64,000 bases of DNA from a virus. The notes beneath the pieces are model-generated. The model was given only the letters and a program-made list of their open reading frames with translations, was not told the origin of the DNA and did not search any database. Positions 1-10,147 of this stretch are shown here, one piece after another; the stretch's first letter is position 1, and the number at the start of each line of letters is the position of its first letter. The stretch covers positions 32,001-96,000 of the IMG/VR virus record IMGVR_UViG_3300025117_000036. One strand, 5' to 3'. A program made the translations under genes and the position numbers.

Positions 1-106
1 AGGAGTGTTAGGGCATGAAAGTTTAAATACAACATTGTTATACCTACAACATACTGACAAAACAACTCAAAACGCCATGAAGAATATTTCTTTTGGATAG
101 GGAAAA

Positions 107-367
107 ATGAATATAAAATTAGAAGATAATACGATAATATTAGAAATTTTAGCAGATGTTGTTTTCAAAAATAGGGAAAGCGACGAAATTGTTCCCTTAA
201 AAATTGTCAATGTTGATAAAATGATGCAATGGATTAACAGCGATGCTCACTCTCAACTTGAGTTAGAAATGTGCATTAACCAAATTTTATTGAATGCCTA
301 CGAACATGCGGAGGCGTGGATTGAGGGCATTATTGTAGATAAAACAAACATGGAAGAAAGGATTTAA
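107..367 (+). CDS. hypothetical phage protein
   Basis: 86-aa ORF with upstream AGGGA, co-oriented with neighbours. Confidence 0.6.
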   Translation: MNIKLEDNTIILEILADVVFKNRESDEIVPLKIVNVDKMMQWINSDAHSQLELEMCINQILLNAYEHAEAWIEGIIVDKTNMEERI

Positions 368-375
368 ATAATAAA

Positions 376-801
376 ATGGCAAATACGTGGGTTAATAATC
401 ATGGTGAAAGTAGTATTATGGGAACACTTACAATTTCTTGTGATGCCGTAAATTATCAATCTCTCGGTGATGGTTTTTTAACATTAAAATATAATCCACC
501 TGAAAATTCATATGTTCCTAAACGAATTATTTATAGTGGAAAAACCACTGTTGTATTTTGGCAAGATGGAACAAAAACAGTTGTACGATGTGCAGAAGGT
601 GAAGAATTTGTTCCTGAAATTGGTGTAGCGGAAGCAATTGCTGAAAAAGTATTTGGTGGTAGTCGTAGTAAATTTATTAAAGCTGTAAATCGTGGATATC
701 GTCAACCAGCAACGGAAGAAGAAAAACAACAACTTTTGAAAGAAAAAGCTGAATCGAAAACAAAAAAACCATCAAAAAATTCCAAAATAAATACTAAATA
801 A
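376..801 (+). CDS. conserved hypothetical phage protein
   Basis: Contains the TVVFWxDGTKTVVxC...GxAxAIAxKxxG pattern common in phage hypothetical proteins. Confidence 0.7.
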   Translation: MANTWVNNHGESSIMGTLTISCDAVNYQSLGDGFLTLKYNPPENSYVPKRIIYSGKTTVVFWQDGTKTVVRCAEGEEFVPEIGVAEAIAEKVFGGSRSKFIKAVNRGYRQPATEEEKQQLLKEKAESKTKKPSKNSKINTK

Positions 802-802
802 A

Positions 803-1054
803 ATGGGACGTAAAAAGAAATCTGTCATTGAAGCAGAATTAGCAGAAAAATCAAAAGTTATTTTTGATCGTTCTAAATATGAAATAGTTGAAGTACAAAG
901 CTTTAAAGGAATTAAAGAATTGTTAGAACGTCCAAGTTATAATTATTCAGGCGACTTGGGACAAGCAATTAATCAATATGAAAGTAAAGGAAAGAAAATT
1001 TCAAAAATCTATCATTGGGTTGCGGCAAGTCAAATAGCAATTATTGGTGATTGA
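803..1054 (+). CDS. hypothetical protein
   Basis: 83-aa ORF abutting the previous stop. Confidence 0.6.
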   Translation: MGRKKKSVIEAELAEKSKVIFDRSKYEIVEVQSFKGIKELLERPSYNYSGDLGQAINQYESKGKKISKIYHWVAASQIAIIGD

Positions 1055-1092
1055 ATAATAGAAAGGTAAATAAATGTGTGTAAATAATAATT

Positions 1093-1266
1093 ATGATGTA
1101 TCCAGAGACTAAGGAAGAACTTAAAAAAATAATAGAAATTTTGCAAACAATACAAATAAAATTAAATTTATGTGATCTTGGCGAAATGGAAAATATTCTA
1201 TTTCAAATATATAATAACGGTTACAATCAAGGATATGCAGACAGATCAAAACAGACTGATGAATAA
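1093..1266 (+). CDS. small hypothetical protein (57 aa, not in ORF track)
   Basis: Manual translation MMYPETKEELKKII...RSKQTDE*; fills the gap before gmhA. Confidence 0.5.
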   Translation: MMYPETKEELKKIIEILQTIQIKLNLCDLGEMENILFQIYNNGYNQGYADRSKQTDE

Positions 1267-1274
1267 ATAATAAT

Positions 1275-1877
1275 ATGATATCATTTACAGAATATATACA
1301 AAATAATTATAATATGCCCGTTGATAACTTAAAAATAAACGAGGCACTTAAAGGCATTAGATATTGTATTAAAAATAACATTCCAATTTTATTAATGGGA
1401 AATGGAGGAAGTGCGTTTAGTTCCGCTCATTTTGCTCAAGATATTAATAAGGTTTTGGGAGGAAACGCATTTTCATTAACTGATAATTATGGACTGATAA
1501 CAGCAATTGCAAATGATTGGGATTACGAGGAAATTTTCAACGTTCAAATAGAAAATTTTGCTCTTAATAATTCTTTTCCAGTTAAAAAAATTCCTCTAAT
1601 TATTGCAATATCCTATAGCGGTTTATCTAAAAATATTCTCAATGCGGCTAAATATTCTCGCAATATAGGATATCCCGTATTAAGTTTTACAGGAAATGAC
1701 GGTGGAAAATTAGTCGAATTATCCAATTTAAATATCAACATTCCATCTGACAATATCTATGCTGTAGAATCAACTCATTCAATATTATTTCATTATTTTA
1801 TTGACACTTTAAACAATGGCGATAACGATAATGATATTGTATTTGTTGACACTTTAGAAAACAATGATAGTATCTAA
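1275..1877 (+). CDS. gmhA: phosphoheptose (sedoheptulose-7-P) isomerase, SIS domain
   Basis: GNGGSA..S.HFA, ITAIAND..Y..IF..Q, ISYSG.SKN, FTG.DGG and E..H motifs. Confidence 0.85.
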   Translation: MISFTEYIQNNYNMPVDNLKINEALKGIRYCIKNNIPILLMGNGGSAFSSAHFAQDINKVLGGNAFSLTDNYGLITAIANDWDYEEIFNVQIENFALNNSFPVKKIPLIIAISYSGLSKNILNAAKYSRNIGYPVLSFTGNDGGKLVELSNLNINIPSDNIYAVESTHSILFHYFIDTLNNGDNDNDIVFVDTLENNDSI

Positions 1878-2853
1878 AACTCCTTATCGAATTTCATTAT
1901 TTGGTGGGGGAAGCGATTTCCCTGAATATTTTATGAATTACGATTATGGACTTGTGTTGTCCACATCCATTGATAAATATTTTTATGTAATTATCAAAAA
2001 TAGATACGATAATAAAATTCGTTTAAGTTATTCAATAACTGAAACGGTTGATAAAGTCACAGATATAAAACATGAAATTGTTCGAGAAGCACTTAATACT
2101 ATTGAACTTTCTCACGGACTAGAAATTTCTATGATGGGCGATATCCCTGCTGGAACGGGATTAGGATCGTCAAGCGCGGTAACAGTGGGTATTTTAAATG
2201 TTTTACTTACAAAAAGGGGAATAAGTGCAAACGCAACCGATTTAAGCAGATTGGCTATCGATGTTGAAAATATTCGTCTTTATAAGCCAATGGGTTATCA
2301 AGATCAAGTAGCTGTTGCTTTTGGAGGTTTAAATTCAATTATTTTTACTACAAAGCATCCTCATTTCGCGATTTGTTTACCATCACAAGAGATTTTTATG
2401 AAAACAAAGCAAGAATTAAATAATAATTTGTTCTTGTTTTATACTGGAATAACAAGAAGTTCATCAGATATTTTAGCAAAGCAAGTAGATGAAATTAAAT
2501 CCAAAAGTTCTATAGTTTCTGAAATGGTTTCTATTTGCGAACAGGCAATTACCGAATTACTTTGCAAAAAATTTGATGATTTTGGAAAATTATTGAATAC
2601 TACCTGGGAATTGAAAAAGAAACTTAATCCTCGAACTACAAATGTGGATGTTGATGATCTATATAATTATGGGTTGTCAAATGGGGCTTTAGGTGGTAAA
2701 CTTTTAGGGGCAGGATTTGGTGGTTACATGCTTTTCTATGTTCCAAAAGAAAATCAAGATAAATTCAAATCTGCAATGGTTTTGAAAAATGTTCCTGAAC
2801 TACCATTCAAATTTGAAGAAAGAGGAAGTAGGATAATTTTCAATGATGAATAG
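1864..2853 (+). CDS. hddA: GHMP kinase, D-glycero-alpha-D-manno-heptose-7-phosphate kinase-like
   Basis: TPYRISLFGGGSD, DIPAGTGLGSSS, GYQDQ..AFGG and GGKLLGAGFGG motifs; overlaps gmhA. Confidence 0.85.
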   Translation: MIVSKTPYRISLFGGGSDFPEYFMNYDYGLVLSTSIDKYFYVIIKNRYDNKIRLSYSITETVDKVTDIKHEIVREALNTIELSHGLEISMMGDIPAGTGLGSSSAVTVGILNVLLTKRGISANATDLSRLAIDVENIRLYKPMGYQDQVAVAFGGLNSIIFTTKHPHFAICLPSQEIFMKTKQELNNNLFLFYTGITRSSSDILAKQVDEIKSKSSIVSEMVSICEQAITELLCKKFDDFGKLLNTTWELKKKLNPRTTNVDVDDLYNYGLSNGALGGKLLGAGFGGYMLFYVPKENQDKFKSAMVLKNVPELPFKFEERGSRIIFNDE

Positions 2854-2948
2854 GAGATATATAAAATACATAATTATTAAATTTTAAACTGATTAATGAA
2901 AAAAAATTGATTTATTTATAATAATATAAAACATAAAGGAGAATTTAA

Positions 2949-3998
2949 ATGGCAAGTAAAGGCATTGGTTTAAAACAAACAAAAGGGAATTTCCAATTAA
3001 AAGGCGTAATCATGGGTACGCAAAAAGATTCCTTTTATAAAGAGATGGTTGCCAAGAATGGCAAACCGTTTCGAATGTTAAACTTTGGAGTACAAGTAAG
3101 TAAAGATGCTGTAATTTTTGTTTCCCTTTCTGGTGGTGAACAGGAGTTTGTATATTTTTCTGGAAAACCAAAAGGCGCATCCAAAGAAGACAAATCGGAA
3201 ACTATTAAAGTCGAATGGAAAAATCGTAATTCCTATAGTAAAGAGGGCTTTCGTCTAATTGGCGTTATGTGCGGTTTAGAAAAAACAGTTGACGAAAAAG
3301 GCAAAGAAATTAATGATAAGCGAGTTTTACATCCTTTTGATGCCTGTGATTATATTTCCGATAAACTTCAGGATGGTATGAGTGTATTCATTAAGGGAAC
3401 AATTGATTACAGTCATTTTAAATCTCAAAATGGAGAAATGGCACATTCTGTAAAATTTATTCCCAATCAAATTAGTCTCTGCCAACCTGTAAATCTTGAA
3501 GATGAAAAACTAGAAGTTGTTAGTAACTTTACTCAAGACCTTGTTTTTCTTGGCATTGAACAAAATCCAGAAGAACAAAACTTTATTCTTGAATCGAATA
3601 TTGTAAATTATAACGGTATTGAAACCGCTACGTTCTTAGTTGAAGATAAAACTCTCGCTCAAAATTTCCGTAAGAAACTAAAACCATATACCAGTATTAA
3701 TACCTGGGGTGATATTCGAAGCGTCAAAAATACCGAAGAAGTAACGGCAGATGATAGCGATGGATGGGGTACTACCAACAAAATGACTAAGGTTTTCTCT
3801 CCTTATCGCATTGTTCGTGTGGTCACAGGCGCTAAACCAGATTCGATTGATACAGAAACTTATTCTGAAAAAGCAATGAGTAAAGTTTTGGAAGAAATGC
3901 AAAAAGAAGAAGCAAAAGAAAAAGCATTTGAATCCGTCGAAGGTGGAGAATGGGGATCGTCTAAAGAAGTTACCGATGATGAACTGCCTTGGGATTAA
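2949..3998 (+). CDS. phage single-stranded DNA-binding protein (SPbeta YorF-like)
   Basis: Acidic C-terminal tail DDELPWD; first gene of the replication block. Confidence 0.65.
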   Translation: MASKGIGLKQTKGNFQLKGVIMGTQKDSFYKEMVAKNGKPFRMLNFGVQVSKDAVIFVSLSGGEQEFVYFSGKPKGASKEDKSETIKVEWKNRNSYSKEGFRLIGVMCGLEKTVDEKGKEINDKRVLHPFDACDYISDKLQDGMSVFIKGTIDYSHFKSQNGEMAHSVKFIPNQISLCQPVNLEDEKLEVVSNFTQDLVFLGIEQNPEEQNFILESNIVNYNGIETATFLVEDKTLAQNFRKKLKPYTSINTWGDIRSVKNTEEVTADDSDGWGTTNKMTKVFSPYRIVRVVTGAKPDSIDTETYSEKAMSKVLEEMQKEEAKEKAFESVEGGEWGSSKEVTDDELPWD

Positions 3999-4010
3999 GG
4001 ATAATAAATA

Positions 4011-5081
4011 ATGAAATATCAACTAAATACGATTAAAGTTGCTCTTGAAAATTACAAACATCTTCTTCGTGGACAAATTAAATTAGGCAAGACAACGCTC
4101 TATCGAGATATTATTCTAGAAGCTTATGGAAGCCCCGAATATGGATTGTTGATTTCTCCGTCGAATGAAACGGGTTTTCGCGCAATTGATAATTTATATG
4201 GAATTGAAGCCCCAACTTGGACAAGTTTTGTAGAAATTATTGACGATCTTGTAGAAAACAAAGCTGAAAATAAATTTAAAATCATATGCATTGATACTGT
4301 TGATGCATTAGTGGAAATTGCGACTGATAGAGTTCTGCAAATTCATTTTCAAAGAAAGGGCGAACGCGCAGTTAGTCTCAATCAAGCTTTAGGAGGCTAC
4401 TCCGCTGGTCACGCAATGGTAAGCGAATTGATAAATGATCAAATTAGGAGATTAGAGGCCGCGCAATATGGCATTTTCTTAATTGGTCACACTAAACTAA
4501 AACAAATTACTGATCCTGAAACCGGAAATACTTATGATCAGGTTGTTGGAAATCTGGAATCTAGATTTGATTCTATTTTTACAAATAAAAGTGACATTGT
4601 TTGTACGCTTGCTTCCAGTAAGAAAATTGAAAATGAAAAATTAATTGGGTCAGAAAGATATCTCTATTTTAGGGCAAATTCATTTATTGATGCAGGATCA
4701 AGGCTAGTTGGAGTTCCAGAAAAAACTTCATATGGAGCAAAAGAATATATTGAAGCATTTGAAGAAGGCGTGAAAGCATCCTTTACCAAAAGGGTTTCCG
4801 ATGAAGAAATTGAAGAAATTCGCAACAAAGAACTTGCGGAACGTGAAAAAAAAACAAATGAATTTATTGCCGCTAAATCTATAGAAATTGAAAAAACAAA
4901 TTTGTTGGAAGAAATAGAGAATTACCAAAGACTAATTGAACAAGGTTTATCAAAATTAGATAAAGAAATAAAAAATCAAAAGCGCCAAGAACTAAAAGAC
5001 GCAAACATTTCTTATAAGTTTAGAGAAATCACAGATATTGAAACCCTTAAGAGAATTTTAGAAATTGTATCTCCTGAATAA
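4011..5081 (+). CDS. AAA ATPase (AAA_24/Sak4-like, SPbeta YorG-like)
   Basis: Walker A RGQIKLGKTT, Walker B ICIDTVD, IGH motif. Confidence 0.75.
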   Translation: MKYQLNTIKVALENYKHLLRGQIKLGKTTLYRDIILEAYGSPEYGLLISPSNETGFRAIDNLYGIEAPTWTSFVEIIDDLVENKAENKFKIICIDTVDALVEIATDRVLQIHFQRKGERAVSLNQALGGYSAGHAMVSELINDQIRRLEAAQYGIFLIGHTKLKQITDPETGNTYDQVVGNLESRFDSIFTNKSDIVCTLASSKKIENEKLIGSERYLYFRANSFIDAGSRLVGVPEKTSYGAKEYIEAFEEGVKASFTKRVSDEEIEEIRNKELAEREKKTNEFIAAKSIEIEKTNLLEEIENYQRLIEQGLSKLDKEIKNQKRQELKDANISYKFREITDIETLKRILEIVSPE

Positions 5082-5101
5082 TCCTTGAGTTAGATAAAAA
5101 G

Positions 5102-5138
5102 ATAAACTAGGGAAGGAATTGTTTCTTCCCTAGTTTAT
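5102..5138 (+). terminator. hairpin / probable intrinsic terminator
   Basis: 14-bp stem ATAAACTAGGGAAG / CTTCCCTAGTTTAT after the ATPase stop. Confidence 0.6.
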
Positions 5139-5163
5139 TAAAGGGCATATAATATAAATAATA

Positions 5164-5808
5164 ATGGATATTAAAACTACTCGTAAATGTAAATTTTGTC
5201 ATAAGCAAATTGTCTTGGAAGATAAAAAATCTGTTTTATTTAAAAAAGCTTACTTCCACGATGATTGTTTTGTAACTAAACTTACTACCGCAAAGAGAAA
5301 GGCTGTCTCAGAAGAAGTTGCTTTAGAAATATCAAGACAACTAAAAATTCTATGTGAACCTATTATAAAAGATATTATTATAAAAAATCATTTATATAAA
5401 TGGTTACAACAATCCTACGATGTAGTTGTAATTCCCAATTATTTTTTTCAAAAAATGGAAGATGTTTTTCAAGGAAATTATAAAGGTTTAAGTGAGAAGA
5501 TTTCTCCTGAAGATGTGTATTATATTTGGCGTAAACGAAAATCAGAATACGATAAAACAAACGATTATCAACGTACACATGGAAAAATAATTGAAGGTGT
5601 AGGACGTTTAAGTTATGATTTGGCTATTGTAGTTTCTCAGTATGATAGTTATAAAAAATGGAAAGAAAAACAAAAAATTATCGCTGTTGAAAATGAGAAA
5701 ACATTTCAGGGTCTTTCAAACTTTAATTCAATTAATAGGCAAGTTACAGAAAACATTAAAATGCAAAATGATATTTCTAAAATTCTGAATGACTTGTTAG
5801 AGGAATAA
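5164..5808 (+). CDS. putative helicase loader / replication protein (YorH-like)
   Basis: N-terminal CxxC...HxxC zinc site; directly upstream of the helicase. Confidence 0.55.
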   Translation: MDIKTTRKCKFCHKQIVLEDKKSVLFKKAYFHDDCFVTKLTTAKRKAVSEEVALEISRQLKILCEPIIKDIIIKNHLYKWLQQSYDVVVIPNYFFQKMEDVFQGNYKGLSEKISPEDVYYIWRKRKSEYDKTNDYQRTHGKIIEGVGRLSYDLAIVVSQYDSYKKWKEKQKIIAVENEKTFQGLSNFNSINRQVTENIKMQNDISKILNDLLEE

Positions 5809-7353
5809 ATGACAGAAGAAATAGAAAAAAGTATAAGAAATGTTACGAATGAAATTTTAGTAGTTGGAAGTTTTTATAAACAGCCAGATTTAGCGGTATC
5901 TCATAGTAGTTTTGTTCGCTCTAAATATGATTTTAGTGATCCTGTAACTCGTTTCTTTTATGACTGTTTTGAGTTGATGTATAAAACATACAATCAAGCA
6001 TTTAATGAAATTAAAGTAAATGCTTTTATGGCGCAAAATAGTGAGAGATTAGAAGAATATAAAAAATATGGTTCCTATCAAACTATTGTTGATTGGGTGG
6101 TTTTATCTGATCCTGAAGATTTCAACAATTATTTCGAAATATTAAAAAAATATTCACTCCTACGAGAATATCACAGACAAGGCTATAACGTTCAAAAAAT
6201 TGTAGGTCATAAAAAATTCTCTGAGTGGAAGGCAATTGATATTTATAAGTTGATGCGTTCCAGAGTGGATAAGATCAGTACTGTTATTTTAGCAAATCAA
6301 GAAAGTGTCATATTAAATGAAAGTGCCACTAAGGATATTCAAGGCTATCTTATCAAACCTCAAGCAGGATTACCGTATCCTTGGCCCGTAGTTAATGAAA
6401 TGTTTAGAGGCTGTAGATTAGGTAAGGCTGTTCTAAATGGTTTTCTTTCTAATGAAGGGAAGACAAGAAATCTTGTTATGCTCTTTGCTTATCTCGCCCT
6501 CATAAGAGGGCAATCAGTACTTATTATGAGCAATGAAATGAGCGAGGAAGATTTAAAAAGCTGTTTGATTACTACGGTATTAAATAATCAATGTTTCAAA
6601 GAACTTCATGGTATAGAATTATTAAAACCCGAAACAGAAATTGTTTTAGGAAAATATAGAAATAGCAATACTGGTGAATTCATTGAAAGATACACTGACG
6701 ATAATAATAACTTTATTGAAACGGAAGATGAATATACAGTAAGAGTATATCAAAACTCAGAAGAGTTTCGTCAAGTTATGGAAGTGGGCGCATGGATTGA
6801 AGAACAAAAAGAAAAACGTGGGGCGCAAATATTCTTTAAAGATGTAGGCGATGATTATTCAGATCAAAAGCTTGAATTTGAAATTCGCAAACATAGTTTG
6901 GTTCATGGGGTAAATTATATTGGATACGATACTATGAAAGGGTTTCGTACCGATGATTGGATGACGGTAAAACAAACTTTTACTAAGCTAAAAGAAATAG
7001 CTAAAGAAATAAACGTATGGTTTTGGGGAGTGTTTCAGTTAGTAGATTCCGCCGTATACATGGATATTTTTGAAATGAGCAGTAATGAAATTGCAACCAG
7101 TAAAGGAATGAAACATGCCGCCGATTATATGTTTTTAGGCAAAAGAATTAACTATGAAGAATATCACAAATATGAATATTTAAGATTTGATGATTGGGGC
7201 AAACCTCAATCTTTACCGTTAGACTTAGGTAAAAAATATTTTGCATTAAAACCTGAAAAAAATAGAGGTGGAAATAAGTTATACTATCCTTTATTTGAAT
7301 ATGATTTAGATTATAATATTTGGTTAAATGTTGGAAGTTTAGATAGACGATAA
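5809..7353 (+). CDS. dnaB: DnaB-like replicative helicase
   Basis: Variant Walker A SNEGKTR, SNEM motif, KNRGG arginine finger; 514 aa; next to primase. Confidence 0.8.
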   Translation: MTEEIEKSIRNVTNEILVVGSFYKQPDLAVSHSSFVRSKYDFSDPVTRFFYDCFELMYKTYNQAFNEIKVNAFMAQNSERLEEYKKYGSYQTIVDWVVLSDPEDFNNYFEILKKYSLLREYHRQGYNVQKIVGHKKFSEWKAIDIYKLMRSRVDKISTVILANQESVILNESATKDIQGYLIKPQAGLPYPWPVVNEMFRGCRLGKAVLNGFLSNEGKTRNLVMLFAYLALIRGQSVLIMSNEMSEEDLKSCLITTVLNNQCFKELHGIELLKPETEIVLGKYRNSNTGEFIERYTDDNNNFIETEDEYTVRVYQNSEEFRQVMEVGAWIEEQKEKRGAQIFFKDVGDDYSDQKLEFEIRKHSLVHGVNYIGYDTMKGFRTDDWMTVKQTFTKLKEIAKEINVWFWGVFQLVDSAVYMDIFEMSSNEIATSKGMKHAADYMFLGKRINYEEYHKYEYLRFDDWGKPQSLPLDLGKKYFALKPEKNRGGNKLYYPLFEYDLDYNIWLNVGSLDRR

Positions 7354-7379
7354 TTAAATATAAAGTATAATGAGGGTGC

Positions 7380-8402
7380 ATGAATGCTCAAGATATTAAA
7401 AAATGGATATTCGATAATGATAAGATTTCAGAATTGTTGGAAAGCTTGGGTTGTCAACATATTAGATATCATTCTTCTGGTTATTTTACTTGCGGTAATC
7501 CACCTCCGGCAGACAATAAGCAAGCAATAACCGTATATGTTCCCAATTTAAATGTAGTAAATTACACTCGTGATTTACCTCAACCGTCTGATATATTTAC
7601 GCTGATTGAATTTTATAAAAATATAAATTTCTTTCATTCCTTAAAATATGTTTGCGAATTATTTGGTTTAGATATTTATCAAGATACCAATAAAGATTTA
7701 CCCGAATCTTTGAAAATTACTAGAATGTTAAAGAAAATGAATTCTGGTAAAACCGATGAAGATGAAGATGTATCTATAAAAATAATCGATGAAAAAGTTT
7801 TGCAATATTATAAAACTTGTGTAAATGATTTCTGGCTAAACGATAATGTATCCTATGAGATACAAAGGGAATGGGAATTAGGATATGATGAATATTCTAA
7901 TAGGATCATAATTCCTATTCGAGATGAAATAGGAAATTTATGTGGCGTAAAGGGAAGATTATTCAAAAAAGAATTAAATGAGGAAGAACAAAAAGTAAAA
8001 TATCTTTATATAGAGCCTTGTCCTAGAAATAAAATTTTATACGGCTTATACAAAACATATCCCTATATAAAAGAGCAAGGATGTGTTATAGTAAATGAAG
8101 CAGAAAAAGCGTGTCATCAGCTTTGGAGTTACGGATATAAGAATTGTGTATCTACTGGTGGAGAAAAAGTTTCTAAAACGCAAATTGATAAACTGTCTCG
8201 CTTGGCTGTACCTATCTGGTTTGCGTTTGATCAAGATGTGTCGGAAGAAAAAATTAGACATATTGCAGATCAATTTATTGACGGTATAGAAATTTGGACA
8301 ATTTTTGATAAAAATAATTTGTTAAAAGAGAAAGAAGCTCCGGCTGATCGAAAAGAAATTTTTGAAGAATTGATAAAAAATAATTTGTATAGGATAAAAT
8401 GA
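7380..8402 (+). CDS. dnaG: DNA primase (TOPRIM)
   Basis: RIIIPIRD..G..CGVKGR, KYLY, LYGL, EAEK and FDQD motifs. Confidence 0.85.
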   Translation: MNAQDIKKWIFDNDKISELLESLGCQHIRYHSSGYFTCGNPPPADNKQAITVYVPNLNVVNYTRDLPQPSDIFTLIEFYKNINFFHSLKYVCELFGLDIYQDTNKDLPESLKITRMLKKMNSGKTDEDEDVSIKIIDEKVLQYYKTCVNDFWLNDNVSYEIQREWELGYDEYSNRIIIPIRDEIGNLCGVKGRLFKKELNEEEQKVKYLYIEPCPRNKILYGLYKTYPYIKEQGCVIVNEAEKACHQLWSYGYKNCVSTGGEKVSKTQIDKLSRLAVPIWFAFDQDVSEEKIRHIADQFIDGIEIWTIFDKNNLLKEKEAPADRKEIFEELIKNNLYRIK

Positions 8403-8414
8403 AAGGATGCTTTT

Positions 8415-9080
8415 ATGGCAATAGAAACAATAGAAAACGATAACTCAAATAATAATTCAAATAATAATTTATATGATTTTACATTAGATGATGAATGGAA
8501 CGACAATGATAAATTAGTTATATCAACTGCTATTCACGATATTGCTCTTGCTCTTTCTCAGGCAACTAATTTACTTCCTCATATTATCTATAATCGTGTA
8601 TTTGGAAAACTAACATTTAAACTTAGCGGTAGCTTAAAATATTATGGATATGTTGAAGATGAAAACTTTCTTTCTTTTAAACCAAACAAAATAACAAAAT
8701 ATTTGGTAGTACACGAATTGGGACACTTGTTTTCCCTTCGCAATCCAAAACCCATTGACACATTAAGTAAAGAAGCTATATATACACCCTCTAAAAAATT
8801 TCTAACTGGTTTACATCCTTATGGATATTATTATCGTAATAATGGCAAATCTGCCCCAAGAAACGGTTATGTTTCCGATTGGTATACAGATGGCTATCAG
8901 CTTCATCCTGTAACATTGCCAGATGGAAATAACGTGGATGAAGATTGGGCCGACTTGTTTAGAAATTGGGTATATAATTCATTTGTAGAAAACGAAGCTG
9001 GAATTACTCTGTATAATTGGGTAAACGATCATATGACGTTGTGGTTGAATGAATACTTAGAATTAAAAGATGTAGAATAA
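8415..9080 (+). CDS. zincin-like metallopeptidase domain protein
   Basis: VVHELGHLF (HExxH) plus downstream EDWAD motif. Confidence 0.6.
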   Translation: MAIETIENDNSNNNSNNNLYDFTLDDEWNDNDKLVISTAIHDIALALSQATNLLPHIIYNRVFGKLTFKLSGSLKYYGYVEDENFLSFKPNKITKYLVVHELGHLFSLRNPKPIDTLSKEAIYTPSKKFLTGLHPYGYYYRNNGKSAPRNGYVSDWYTDGYQLHPVTLPDGNNVDEDWADLFRNWVYNSFVENEAGITLYNWVNDHMTLWLNEYLELKDVE

Positions 9081-9095
9081 AAGGAGAGTTTTATT

Positions 9096-9257
9096 ATGAC
9101 TACAGACTTAGAATTAATGGAAGAATTATTTAAAAAATTGAATGTTGATTATTTGGTTTTTAATGAAGAAGAATTTATTTATTTGGAAATAAATGGAAGA
9201 ATGGCATTTACATTCAAATTATCTGGCGACTTCTTCGGATATGATTTTGATTATTAA
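9096..9257 (+). CDS. small acidic hypothetical protein (53 aa, not in ORF track)
   Basis: AAGGAG RBS; MTTDLELMEELFKK...GYDFDY*; bounded by palindromic sites. Confidence 0.65.
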   Translation: MTTDLELMEELFKKLNVDYLVFNEEEFIYLEINGRMAFTFKLSGDFFGYDFDY

Positions 9258-9274
9258 TGAAAGGTAGTTTTATT

Positions 9275-9481
9275 ATGATGGACAACAAAAATTCAATTAA
9301 AATTCAATATTCTTTTGAGCCATATTTTAGATGGTATGATTTGTGGGTTGGAATTTACATTGATTATCATAAAAATATTATCCTGCCTTCTGGATGGGAA
9401 ATTTATGTTGGATTATTCCCGATGTTTGGGATGAAAATAACAAAACATGTAATTTATTTCGAAGGAAGAAAGACATTGTAA
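9275..9481 (+). CDS. hypothetical protein
   Basis: ORF track 9257..9481; start moved to the ATG after AAGG; YFRWYDLWVGIY motif. Confidence 0.6.
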   Translation: MMDNKNSIKIQYSFEPYFRWYDLWVGIYIDYHKNIILPSGWEIYVGLFPMFGMKITKHVIYFEGRKTL

Positions 9482-9497
9482 AAAGGAATTTTATTAT

Positions 9498-9809
9498 ATG
9501 AAATTTTTAGATAAAGTTAATGCATTATTTGATTATGTAACATATTATGTGTGGTCAGAAGGAGGGGATGGAGCAGGATTAGTAATATCAAATGATTATC
9601 AAAAACTTGCAAGTTTGTTTGAAAAATATAACAAAAACAATAATGGCTACTATTTATTTAAAATCGAAGATAAAAATTATATATCTTTTACCGAAAGCGA
9701 TCATTCTGAAGAGTCGGTTACGTTTACAGATATCATGCCAGATGAAAGAAACAGAATGTTTTATGAAATAATTATCAAGGTAGATAATATTTTATTGGGA
9801 TATAAATAG
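9498..9809 (+). CDS. hypothetical protein
   Basis: 103-aa ORF with AAGGA RBS. Confidence 0.65.
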   Translation: MKFLDKVNALFDYVTYYVWSEGGDGAGLVISNDYQKLASLFEKYNKNNNGYYLFKIEDKNYISFTESDHSEESVTFTDIMPDERNRMFYEIIIKVDNILLGYK

Positions 9810-9831
9810 AATATAGGAAGGAAATTTCATT

Positions 9832-10071
9832 ATGAGTACAATTATAAAAGAAGAACAACATTCTAATAAAGTAAAATATTTTATAATTAATGGCGATTCT
9901 CTAATTGGATTTGTTTATGAAAGCGATAAACATGGAAGGTCGCTTGTTTTTGAAAGAGAAAATATTAATCTGAATAAGAAAATTGAGATATGGGAAAAGC
10001 AAGGGGGCAGAGTAATAGATATCGATTTACTCGAATACTTTCAATCTATAATTTTCGGCAATGATTTTTAA
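9832..10071 (+). CDS. hypothetical protein
   Basis: 79-aa ORF with AGGAAGGA RBS. Confidence 0.6.
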   Translation: MSTIIKEEQHSNKVKYFIINGDSLIGFVYESDKHGRSLVFERENINLNKKIEIWEKQGGRVIDIDLLEYFQSIIFGNDF

Positions 10072-10147
10072 AGATCAATAAAAAACATATTTTATAATAA
10101 AAAGTACGATTTATAATATATAATACTCGAAGGATAGTAATTAAATA

